Positions 18,217-27,144 of a DNA stretch of 64,000 nucleotides are shown here, one piece after another. Each line of letters begins with the position of its first letter. Position 1 is the stretch's first letter. Position numbers and translations under genes: made by a program. The notes under the pieces are model-generated. The model had not been told where the DNA came from. It searched no databases and saw only the letters and a list, made by a program, of their open reading frames with translations. The stretch covers positions 21,293 to 85,292 of the forward strand of contig NZ_JAVJSK010000020.1 of assembly GCF_040219495.1 (NCBI RefSeq), given 5' to 3'. Source of the stretch: Phaeodactylibacter sp. (GTDB taxonomy: Bacteria > Bacteroidota > Bacteroidia > Chitinophagales > Saprospiraceae).

Positions 18217-20157
18217 TTACTGAGCAATGGCCCCCGCCCGTTCAGACTGCGGATTGAGCTGCAATGCCCGCCGCGCCATCTGTTGTGCCTGCCCGGTATT
18301 GCCAGCCAGCGCATGAACTTCTGCCAAATCTTCAAGAAGGGTCACATTGTCCGAGCTTACCTCTAGCCCGTAATTCAGGTACTGCAGCGCCAAAGCATAT
18401 TGCTTCTGCTGCTTAGCCATTAATTCATACCCCGCCCGATGGTAAAACCGCGCCAGTCGCTGTCCATCCTCCCGGCCATTCAGGTAGACCATGTATTGAT
18501 CAATGAAGTTGACATGTCGGGCACTTAGTATCTCGTAGAACCCTTCCAACAGCTTATCCAGGTCCCTGTTCTGCTGATACAACCCACCAAGCAAACCTCC
18601 CTTACAAGTCAAAGCATCAGAATATGCCGGATAGATTTCCAGCGCCCGGTTCACGAGTGGGAGCGCCTCTTCGAAGGTCGCCAACTGTTGAGCGCCCTGC
18701 TCTTGCAGACCTCGCTGGTACAGGGAATAGGCCATATAACTGTTTGCCCGCGCACTGTTCGTTGACACTTTAATTGCAGCCCGATTGAGGCTCATGGCGT
18801 CTTTCCAGGCGGGGAGTCGTTCGTAGGTTTTGCCAGCGTAGGCTAAGGCGGTAAGTACTAAAATGCTCAGCCCTGCTTGTTTGATCCATGAATATTGGCT
18901 TTGCCAGCCAGGTAGTTTGATGAGGAACAGATAGGCCCATAAAACACAAAAACCCAGGGAAGAAACATACACAAACCGCTCGTTCATCGGAGCGCCCACT
19001 GAAATGACAATATTAGACACAATGGACAGGGTAGAAAAGTAAAACAGGATACTCCAGGCTGGAATGGATCGCTTCCGGAACGACCGGATGCCCCAGACCA
19101 ACAGTGCCAGATTGGCGGCAAGTGAAACCAGGACCCGCCAGTCCCCCCAGCTGAGAATGGGTACCTGATAAGGGTAGTAATCGTGCGTGAGCGGGTGCGG
19201 AAAAACCAATAGCTTCAGGTATTGCCCAAGGGTGTAAGTGATCGTGGCATACTTTTCGGCAAAGCCAATCCCGATAAAAGGGTCGTTCATAATGCCCGAA
19301 ACCACCAGATCCGGATTGTACAAATACCCCACTGCATTGATCCGGATCCCTAAATAGAGCCCAAAAGAGAGCAATAACGGCAGCACACTAATGGCCACGG
19401 TTTTCAGTTCAGCTTTGGTAAACAGGTAGATACTCAGCGGAATAACCGCGAGGAAGGTTACGGCATTTTCCTTGGCTAGTAGAGCCAGTAAAAAGAGCCC
19501 GCCTGATAGCAGCAGCGCAAACCAGGACTGTTGTTTGGCATAGCGGAGGCTGTAGTACAACGTGCTAAGGGAAAGCAGCAGCACCAGTATTTCATCCCGA
19601 CCCTTGATATTCGCAACCACCTCGGTATGAATGGGGTGGAGCACAAACAGCAGCGCAATCCAAAACGGAAGCCTTTCGTACCAGGCCTGCCCTTTTTTCC
19701 CCGGGATCAGGATAGCCAGCAACCGGAAGATCAGCAGCCCGGTCAGACTGTACAAAAGGACATTGATCAGGTGGCTGTTGCCCGGATTCAAACCGTACCA
19801 TCCATACTCCACCGCAAAGGTGGCAATAGACAAAGGCCGGTAGCGGGCGCCGGCTACCAGTTCTTGTTGCTCGCCCAGGTAGCCGGTGAAACTATCCGTT
19901 GTGAAAATATCGCCGATCCCGTCCAGTCCCTTTTTCACGAAGTTGTTCTCAGACAACACCAGGACATCGTCCAGGACATAGCCGAACGTACGCGTAGTGG
20001 CGTACAGTAAAAAAGGCAGGGCGAATAACAGCAGCCCGGGCAGCGCATAGCGGCGCCAAAAGCCGGAAGGCTTGGTTTTGATCTTATCCGTCTTTGATGA
20101 CAGCTTTTTCGTTTTCCGTTTTGCCATAATGAGCCTGGTGTATTTACTGGTGCTCAA
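18217..20157 (-). CDS. Polytopic membrane protein with C-terminal TPR repeats (TMTC/PMT-like glycosyltransferase architecture)
   Basis: 646 aa with at least 10 predicted TM helices in the first ~430 aa, followed by TPR-like repeats (YSLYQRG.., ALEIYPAYSDAL.., ALQLNPQSE). Confidence 0.75.
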   Translation of the reverse strand: MSTSKYTRLIMAKRKTKKLSSKTDKIKTKPSGFWRRYALPGLLLFALPFLLYATTRTFGYVLDDVLVLSENNFVKKGLDGIGDIFTTDSFTGYLGEQQELVAGARYRPLSIATFAVEYGWYGLNPGNSHLINVLLYSLTGLLIFRLLAILIPGKKGQAWYERLPFWIALLFVLHPIHTEVVANIKGRDEILVLLLSLSTLYYSLRYAKQQSWFALLLSGGLFLLALLAKENAVTFLAVIPLSIYLFTKAELKTVAISVLPLLLSFGLYLGIRINAVGYLYNPDLVVSGIMNDPFIGIGFAEKYATITYTLGQYLKLLVFPHPLTHDYYPYQVPILSWGDWRVLVSLAANLALLVWGIRSFRKRSIPAWSILFYFSTLSIVSNIVISVGAPMNERFVYVSSLGFCVLWAYLFLIKLPGWQSQYSWIKQAGLSILVLTALAYAGKTYERLPAWKDAMSLNRAAIKVSTNSARANSYMAYSLYQRGLQEQGAQQLATFEEALPLVNRALEIYPAYSDALTCKGGLLGGLYQQNRDLDKLLEGFYEILSARHVNFIDQYMVYLNGREDGQRLARFYHRAGYELMAKQQKQYALALQYLNYGLEVSSDNVTLLEDLAEVHALAGNTGQAQQMARRALQLNPQSERAGAIAQ

Positions 20158-20260
20158 AATAGCAGTTTTTTCAGAAGCCGGTATTAATGCAGAATAACCT
20201 GGCAGATGATTCTCAATTATTATTCCACCACTGTGGTCTTAAAACCGGGTAGAACCATTA

Positions 20261-20421
20261 AGACTATGTTGGGATTTCACCCTTTGGGCTGCATTTGCCA
20301 AATTTTATCCTGAACTTCGTTGCTCTTCAGTCGCTTAACTCAGGCTAAGCTCCTTCATCCCGCCTTGTTCAGAATAAAATTTGACTACATTCGCTCCAAA
20401 AGCGAATTCCCAACATAGTCT
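20261..20421. repeat. MITE-like element, copy B (161 bp), same family as 3161..3307
   Basis: Ends are agactatgttgggatttc and gaattcccaacatagtct (inverted). The central part cttaactcaggctaagctcc parallels copy A. The right end overlaps the jetD stop codon (20420..20422). Confidence 0.55.
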
Positions 20422-21613
20422 AAAACAACGCCTCAAGTATCTGTTTGACATAGTCCAGGGGAATATGCTCTTGCTCCAGCCTCATCCGTCGGGCATTGAG
20501 CTCCTCAAACAAGGCTTTCTCCTTATTATTAAGCCCTGGCAAGTTCGCGGCCGGACTGTATGGGGCATCGTAATGAACGTATTCCGCGAATACCTTCAGC
20601 GTCTGCTCATCCATCAGGAAAGGCCGGACATGAGGATGGTGGGCCCTCAACCGGGAGAGGATTTGCAGACCGTGTGCGTCAATGTCTCCCCAGTAGAACA
20701 GCTCAACTTCTGATAGCCAGGCCACTTCCGATAGCGCCCCCACCCCAAAGCCACTTCCGAAAATACCAATCGTCTCCTTTGCCTGAGGAAGCGTTAGCAA
20801 ATTCATCAGGTTGGTATAGTTGGTCTTGTTTTCCAAAATAATGGCCCGACGCACTGTCAACTTCAGCTGTGCAAGTGCATCAAGGGGCAGCGCCAAATCC
20901 TGTACCCCGGAGAAATACTGATCCGCCAGGGAGACATCCATCAGCCTGAGGCGGACCATCGGCTGCCGGTATTTTAGCCCGTAGCGCTGTTCAAAATGGC
21001 GCACACCCCGAAATTGATCATTGATGCGGGACCCCGGCAGCACTTCATCCAGCAAGCTGATGAGTAGCCGTTTATGGGTTTCAATAAACTTGGTGGGGAT
21101 ATCCAGGGGCAGCTCCCGGATGTAATATTGCCCCGGCCTGTGCTCCTCCATGAAGTAACGGACTACTTTTAACAGCTCATTCCATTGGGTGTGATGGCTT
21201 TCCACATCAAGGGGGGAAGCGATGCACCAGAGCTGCAGACCAGGGATTGCTCCGGCGATCATAGCGGCATCTGCCATGACCTGAGCATAAGCCTGCTCGC
21301 GCTTCAGCAAGTACAAATAATCTTCAAGGGTTGCCACATAAATACTGTGGATAAAGCGGTTGCGGCCAATGCTGCGGTAATCCCGCTCTTCCCAGCTTAG
21401 GCTCCAGCCCTTAGGCTTGTAGGGGCGGCTGCGCTTTAACCATTGTTCCTGACTCGAGCGTACCTCATCAAAGTTTTCTATCCACTCCTTTGGTTTGGGC
21501 TTGCCGATACGGCTCAGGGAGCGCGGAAAGTAATCTACCTGCTCCAATCCGGCCCGCAACACCTTTGGCCACCACTTTTCCAGCTGCTGAAGGGCTGCTT
21601 TTTCGGTAATCAT
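20420..21613 (-). CDS. jetD: Wadjet JetD (DUF3322 + DUF2220/Toprim-like nuclease subunit)
   Basis: 397 aa. The C-terminal Toprim-like part reads ILENKTNY...IFGSGFGV...YWGDIDAHGLQILSRLR. Overlaps jetC by 4 nt; order and size fit jetABCD. Confidence 0.88.
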   Translation of the reverse strand: MITEKAALQQLEKWWPKVLRAGLEQVDYFPRSLSRIGKPKPKEWIENFDEVRSSQEQWLKRSRPYKPKGWSLSWEERDYRSIGRNRFIHSIYVATLEDYLYLLKREQAYAQVMADAAMIAGAIPGLQLWCIASPLDVESHHTQWNELLKVVRYFMEEHRPGQYYIRELPLDIPTKFIETHKRLLISLLDEVLPGSRINDQFRGVRHFEQRYGLKYRQPMVRLRLMDVSLADQYFSGVQDLALPLDALAQLKLTVRRAIILENKTNYTNLMNLLTLPQAKETIGIFGSGFGVGALSEVAWLSEVELFYWGDIDAHGLQILSRLRAHHPHVRPFLMDEQTLKVFAEYVHYDAPYSPAANLPGLNNKEKALFEELNARRMRLEQEHIPLDYVKQILEALF

Positions 21614-24600
21614 GACTTTGAAGTATTAACGGCTTTCTCCCGGGCTGCTTTCTCTGCCTGGTATTCCGCAATACTGATATTGCGCACCATAGACGACTGC
21701 CCGGTGGGGTTGGACACGTAGTGCACCGTCGAGATATGCTTTTCGATGACGTTGATTTTTTGCAAAGGCGTCACGATAAGCAACTGCAAATTGAGCCGCT
21801 CGAATAGCTGCAGCCCGTACCTCGTACTCTCATCCGAGCCACGCCCGAAGGCCTCATCGATTACGACAAAGCGGAAGGATCTCGACCGGGAGCGCCCCCA
21901 TTCCAGCCCAAACTGAAAGGCAATGGCGGAAGCTAGGATCGTATAGGCCAGTTTTTCCTTTTGCCCACCGGATTTACCGGAGGAGTCACTGAAATATTCA
22001 TGCAGCTCATTGGTCTCCCGGTAGCGCTCTTCGGCACCAAAGGTGTACCATTGCCTTACATCAGTTACCTTCTTCGTCCAGCGGCTATCCTCTTCGGTAT
22101 GACCACCAAAGCGGTCGAGTAGCCGCTTGACGTGCTCAAATTTTTCTTCGGTGTACAGCTCTTCGTCTGCAACATCACCGTAAGTATTGGACAGACAGGC
22201 CCGTAGATCCTGTTTGAACGTAGTGATGTCTTCACTATGTACCTGCTCTTTGGAGATACTGATGTACCGCCCGGGGTTGTAGTCAATCTCCCGCAGGTGC
22301 TGATTGATTTCGTTAATTTTACGGTTGATGTCCTGCTCGAAGTTATCGAGCTTGGACTTGAACATTAGGATGCTTTGTATGGTCTTGGTGCGCAACAGCT
22401 CCCGGAAGCGTTCTTCATGCCGGGGGATGTCATCCTTTTGCAGCCGCTCATACCGCTCGCGGAATTCGCCCACCGACCGGATATCAGCATCCACATCCAC
22501 TACTTCTTCGGGGAATTGCTGTTTGAAGGTGGTCATTTTTTGAACGATGCGCTGCGCCAGCCGGCTTTCCTGATCGCGGAATTTGCGGATCATCCCCTTA
22601 TTGCCTTCAATTTTATCCCTCAGCTGCTGTTCGGTTTTTGCCAATGCCTCTGCCGGCTCTGCCCCACTCAGATCCGGCAGGTGCTTTCGCAATTGGGCCG
22701 AGGGCTCCGGTTCGGGTATTGTGATCTCTTTACAGGCATTGAACACGCTGCCGGCCACCTCATTCGTCACTTCTTTGCCCACCGCGCTTATGGGGAGCGG
22801 TGGTAGCCCGGTTTGCTGAAGAAAGGCCGTGATTAAACCCAGCAATTTGGAAAGCGTATCCTTTTGTACGCCCTTACGCTCGTACTGCTTGCCTACCTGA
22901 GCGCGCAACTTGCGTTCGAGCGCTTCCGCCTCCACGATTTTCGCCTGCAAATCCCTCAATTCTTCCGATCCCGATTCAAGGCGCTGTTGTTCTTCCTGCA
23001 GCTGAGCAATACGGATGACAAGCGGCTTAAAATCCAGGGATTCAAATGATGGGCACTCCAGTAGCCGCTCAAGTATGCGCCGCTGTTCGTCCAAAGCCCG
23101 TTCTGTATTGCGTAATACCTTCTGCTCAGCCTGTGCGCCTGATAGCTCGCCCTGTACCTCGCGTTGTTCTTCCTCCAGCGCCTTGATTTTCGGCTTGTTG
23201 CTCCAGCCCAGAATATATTGCCGCCGGTCGTTCACATCATAGCGGTCGTCTTTGGTATGCCGCACCCGGCTGTCCTTGCTTTGGCCACCCGGTGTAAGGG
23301 CGCGGGCAGCCCGGCGGAACTCGGCCATCGTATTGCAGCAGGTGTAATCATACCGGTTGGCCAACTCCATTTCCAGCCATTCGTAAAACGGGGTATCGGT
23401 TTTGATCTGTACTTTCCGTACCAGCGAATTGGCATCCGGCTCACTATTTTGGCTGCCCCGGTGTGGCAAAGTGCGCAGGTACACCAGTTTGCCCCCGAGA
23501 TGGTTCCGGTCCAAGAAATTGCTGACGGCTTCATAGTGTTGGTCAGGGACCAGCAGGCTAAGGCCAAAGCCCCGCAGTTGCCGCTCGATCGCTCCCTCCC
23601 AGTGGGCCTCTTCCGGGAGCACCTGTAGGAGTTCGCCGGCAAAAGGCAGGTCTTCTTCCGTCAGGTTCAGCCCGGTGAGCAGCTTTTGCCGGAGCTTTAG
23701 GTTGCGCTGCGGGATTTGAGTAGGCCGCTGCCGCAGGGAGTGTAGCTCCTTGTCCAGCTCCTCCAGCCGCGCCCGGTGCTTGTCAATACGGACAGCTAAA
23801 GGGTCGCGGGCTTCCTGCAGCTCCTCCAATTGTGCCAAAGCTTGCTCTTGTTGGGCTACGAAGCGGTGCTGCTGCTCCACAAAGCCGGCCACTGCTGTTG
23901 GCATGCTTAAGCTAATCCCATGACTGCCTGCCAGGAATTGGCCCAATTCAGTAAGCTGATCTTCGTACTTACGGGCTTGCGCTCGCCGGCGCTCACTTTC
24001 TGCGCTTTGCTCTTTGATTTTCAGCTTAATTTGAGCCAACTGCTGATTGACACTCAGGTTGTCGCGGGCTGCCTTCAGCCGGGCGAGCTCTTCCCGTGAC
24101 TGTTGCTCTTGCTGCTGCAAATCAAGAATTTCGGCCTCCAGGGTTTCCCAGTCTTGTTTTAGACGATCCATGCTGCGGATCGCCGCCTGAAGCTTAGCTT
24201 TCGCAAAATAGCCAGGTAGTTCATCCAGCAGCGCTTCCAGACGATGGATTTGCTCGAGCACCTTTTCCCGCTCATCCGCTTCTTCTATCATGGGCTGCAG
24301 GAGATCGCGCTGCTGCCTTGCCTGCGCCACCAACCGGTGAGCCATAGTGAGGTCGGCATACTTCGCCACCAGCTCGTTGATGTCCTCCTGAATGTTGGTT
24401 TGCCCCAGCATCTGCTCCCGGACGAACTCGGTGAGGTTGCCGACCGATTTCATAGATACCGTCTGGTAAAACAGGTCCAGTGCTTCGGGCTGCCGGATGC
24501 CAAAAACCTGCCGGAAGCGGTCGGCATAGGCACTAAAGCTATTGAACAGCTCTGCACCCCGCTGCTTGCGCAGTTGTTTTTTGAGCTGCCGGATATCCGT

Positions 24601-25092
24601 TCCGAAGTTGCTGAAGTCCGGGTCGATCTGCAAAGCCTCCTCTGACAGCAGATAGAAGCGTTTGACGCTGTCGTCCTGCATCCAGTACACCTGTGCCAGA
24701 GTGGCGAAGGCGTCTTGAGCCGCGTTGGCAAACACCGCTAGCAGCAAGGTCAGGTGTTTATTATCGGGCCGCAGGTACACATCACGCCCTTTACTAGCCG
24801 TATTGACTTTTTCGTTTTTATAAGCACCCCGGACGTAGCTAAGGAGGTTGCGTTCCCGGCTTTCTGCTCCGGCAGCTTTGTTGTAGGTGATCTTTTGCTG
24901 AGGTACCAGTAAGGTTGTAATGGCATCTACCAACGTAGATTTTCCGGAACCAATATCGCCGGTAAGCAAGGCATTCTGACCGTTGGGGCTGATTTCCCAA
25001 ATGTGCTTGTCGAAGGTTCCCCAGTTGAGGACTTCCAGGCGTTGCAGGCGGTAACCGGCTGAGGGCATTTGTGTTTCAGGTTGAGCTGGCAT
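21610..25092 (-). CDS. jetC: Wadjet JetC (SMC/MukB-like ABC ATPase)
   Basis: 1160 aa. N-terminus LEVLNWGTFDK...LLTGDIGSGKSTLVDAI (Walker A) and a long coiled-coil middle. C-terminal signature SGGQKEKLAYTILASAIAFQ and Walker B FRFVVIDEAFGRGSD. Confidence 0.9.
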   Translation of the reverse strand: MPAQPETQMPSAGYRLQRLEVLNWGTFDKHIWEISPNGQNALLTGDIGSGKSTLVDAITTLLVPQQKITYNKAAGAESRERNLLSYVRGAYKNEKVNTASKGRDVYLRPDNKHLTLLLAVFANAAQDAFATLAQVYWMQDDSVKRFYLLSEEALQIDPDFSNFGTDIRQLKKQLRKQRGAELFNSFSAYADRFRQVFGIRQPEALDLFYQTVSMKSVGNLTEFVREQMLGQTNIQEDINELVAKYADLTMAHRLVAQARQQRDLLQPMIEEADEREKVLEQIHRLEALLDELPGYFAKAKLQAAIRSMDRLKQDWETLEAEILDLQQQEQQSREELARLKAARDNLSVNQQLAQIKLKIKEQSAESERRRAQARKYEDQLTELGQFLAGSHGISLSMPTAVAGFVEQQHRFVAQQEQALAQLEELQEARDPLAVRIDKHRARLEELDKELHSLRQRPTQIPQRNLKLRQKLLTGLNLTEEDLPFAGELLQVLPEEAHWEGAIERQLRGFGLSLLVPDQHYEAVSNFLDRNHLGGKLVYLRTLPHRGSQNSEPDANSLVRKVQIKTDTPFYEWLEMELANRYDYTCCNTMAEFRRAARALTPGGQSKDSRVRHTKDDRYDVNDRRQYILGWSNKPKIKALEEEQREVQGELSGAQAEQKVLRNTERALDEQRRILERLLECPSFESLDFKPLVIRIAQLQEEQQRLESGSEELRDLQAKIVEAEALERKLRAQVGKQYERKGVQKDTLSKLLGLITAFLQQTGLPPLPISAVGKEVTNEVAGSVFNACKEITIPEPEPSAQLRKHLPDLSGAEPAEALAKTEQQLRDKIEGNKGMIRKFRDQESRLAQRIVQKMTTFKQQFPEEVVDVDADIRSVGEFRERYERLQKDDIPRHEERFRELLRTKTIQSILMFKSKLDNFEQDINRKINEINQHLREIDYNPGRYISISKEQVHSEDITTFKQDLRACLSNTYGDVADEELYTEEKFEHVKRLLDRFGGHTEEDSRWTKKVTDVRQWYTFGAEERYRETNELHEYFSDSSGKSGGQKEKLAYTILASAIAFQFGLEWGRSRSRSFRFVVIDEAFGRGSDESTRYGLQLFERLNLQLLIVTPLQKINVIEKHISTVHYVSNPTGQSSMVRNISIAEYQAEKAAREKAVNTSKS

Positions 25093-25676
25093 CAGTATTC
25101 TTTTTGGGCTTCAGCGTAGGCTTGGAGCTGCCCGAGGATTTCGTTCAGTTTTTCGATAGGGACGTAGGCTTTCAGGATACGGCTCACTTCGTAGCGGTCT
25201 TCTTCCCGCACGGTCTGCAGGAAGCCAAAGTTGATCATTTTTTTGATGTCGGCCCGGAGCTTATCTTCCTGTTTGCGCTCATTGGCGGTGGTATCATCCC
25301 AGTACAGCCGCATCATTTCTGCGATATCGCTGTAGCGCAAGACCAACCTGACTTCGCTACCTTCTGACTCAAATTCAAGGAGGCGCTTACGCAAAAGCAC
25401 AATGAGTAGCGTTTGGTGATAACTCAACCGACGGCGGGTCATCAGGCGGGGCTGTGGTTCGGCCTCCTCTTCTTCCGGTTGCTGGCGCAGATAGGCATAA
25501 CCATCCCCTTCCTCAACGATCAATTCCAGCCCCAGCACCTCAAAATAGGTACGCAGACGCTCCCGGTATCGCAGGAGGAGGTTCCAGGCATCGAGGTGCT
25601 GCTCCCGGTACAGGATGCCCTTCAGCAGATAGACCGCCGGGGAACGGATTTCGGCTTTTACAGATGGTTCACTCAT
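25092..25676 (-). CDS. jetB: Wadjet JetB (DUF4194, MukE-like)
   Basis: 194 aa, acidic. Position and size are typical of JetB, and it is translationally coupled on both sides (1-nt and 4-nt overlaps). Confidence 0.82.
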   Translation of the reverse strand: MSEPSVKAEIRSPAVYLLKGILYREQHLDAWNLLLRYRERLRTYFEVLGLELIVEEGDGYAYLRQQPEEEEAEPQPRLMTRRRLSYHQTLLIVLLRKRLLEFESEGSEVRLVLRYSDIAEMMRLYWDDTTANERKQEDKLRADIKKMINFGFLQTVREEDRYEVSRILKAYVPIEKLNEILGQLQAYAEAQKEY

Positions 25677-27133
25677 TTCAGAAACAAGATTTGGGGCAGC
25701 TCTACGGCATAGGTACGCCCCTCGCTTTCATAAAATAATTTTTCCTGCTGTTTGGTATTGACTACTGCTTTTTGCCTGAGCTCCCACTGCGTAGCCAGGC
25801 TGAAATAGGCAACCACCTCGCTCAACCCTTTCTCTACCGGCGTATGCGCCACTATTTCTTTAAGGCTCACCTGCTTTTTGCCGCGCAGCATTTTTTGGAT
25901 TCGCCCCTTCAGCTCCTCCGGATCGATGTAGAGTTGATTGTAGAGCCCCTCTGCCAATACCTTTATAGCATTGCCCGGTACTGGCTGATCAGTTGCCAGC
26001 TGAAGCTCATCGGCAGGTTGAAAAAGGCGGCGCTCCATCACGAGGTTCACGGCAGGCTTCCCGGCGATATCGCTAAAGAAGCGTTGAGGGGGCGGATGGC
26101 TTTTGACCTGTAGAGCCAACTGCTCAATTTCTTCAATCACCTGCCCGGCACGGCGGTTTTCCAAAAAAGTACGGGAGGCCAGAAAACGGCGCAATTGTTC
26201 TATGAGGCGGGTCGTGGTCCGGTCTACCCGCTCGCCGGCCTCAACCAGCAGGATTTTAAGGCGCGGAAGTACAGAGTAGGCGCGGTAGGCTTCCAGCTCC
26301 GGCTGCTCAAACAGCTGCTCCGCCATTTGGTCGAGGCGGTCCTGCCGCTCCTGGTCCATCAAAAAAGCCCAGAAAGCCGTGAAGGTCTTCCCCTGATCCG
26401 TCTCCATGATGGCATCCTGTGCAGAGAAAATCTCGTCCAGTACCTGCCCCCGGCTGTGCTGCCGGTTGATCTGCTCTTCCCGCGCTTTGGTATTGAGCTG
26501 CCGGAAGTTCTCTTCAATCTGCCGGAAATCTGCCAGCAACTTGGCTGCGGTTTCTTCGATCAGCCCCAGCTGTTCGCGCATGCGGGTGGGGTCAAGACGG
26601 CTGACTTCGCCTTCTTCCAATTCCATAATTTGCCGGTCCAGTTCCAGGCGCTGAGCCAGGAGTTGATCAAGGCGTGCCTGTGCATCCGTGGAGCTGCCAT
26701 AGGTCAAATCCTGCAACATGTTGAAGAGCTGTAACAGCCTGGATTCAGCGCCGACAAACTCGCGCTTGTCGAGTTCTGCCATCCAAACCAGGGCTTGCTC
26801 CGTAGCCGGGGTGAGCTCGAAGGTAGCCTCCGGTGCACCTACCTCGTAGTACTGCCGCAGGAAGCCTTCCTGTGTCCATTCTTCCAGGTACGCCCGTGCA
26901 GTCCGTGGGTAAGGTTTCCCTCCCTCTTCTGCCCCTTCATTGGCGGCAAACAGAAAATCAGACAACATCGTGTTGAGCTCCTGACTGCCGTAGGCCTGCC
27001 GGCGTTCTTCGCGGAAGGCACGCCAGAGGAATGCAGCAATCATCGGGGCATGCGTTTTGCGCAAAAGCCGGACTGCCCTGTGCTCTTCCAACAACCTGCC
27101 TACCTCCTCGATATTCGAAAACCGGTCTGCCAT
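25673..27133 (-). CDS. jetA: Wadjet JetA (DUF3375, MukF-like kleisin)
   Basis: 486 aa, first gene of the four-gene jet block. The call rests on size, position and helical character. Confidence 0.82.
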   Translation of the reverse strand: MADRFSNIEEVGRLLEEHRAVRLLRKTHAPMIAAFLWRAFREERRQAYGSQELNTMLSDFLFAANEGAEEGGKPYPRTARAYLEEWTQEGFLRQYYEVGAPEATFELTPATEQALVWMAELDKREFVGAESRLLQLFNMLQDLTYGSSTDAQARLDQLLAQRLELDRQIMELEEGEVSRLDPTRMREQLGLIEETAAKLLADFRQIEENFRQLNTKAREEQINRQHSRGQVLDEIFSAQDAIMETDQGKTFTAFWAFLMDQERQDRLDQMAEQLFEQPELEAYRAYSVLPRLKILLVEAGERVDRTTTRLIEQLRRFLASRTFLENRRAGQVIEEIEQLALQVKSHPPPQRFFSDIAGKPAVNLVMERRLFQPADELQLATDQPVPGNAIKVLAEGLYNQLYIDPEELKGRIQKMLRGKKQVSLKEIVAHTPVEKGLSEVVAYFSLATQWELRQKAVVNTKQQEKLFYESEGRTYAVELPQILFLK

Positions 27134-27144
27134 AATTACCTCTT

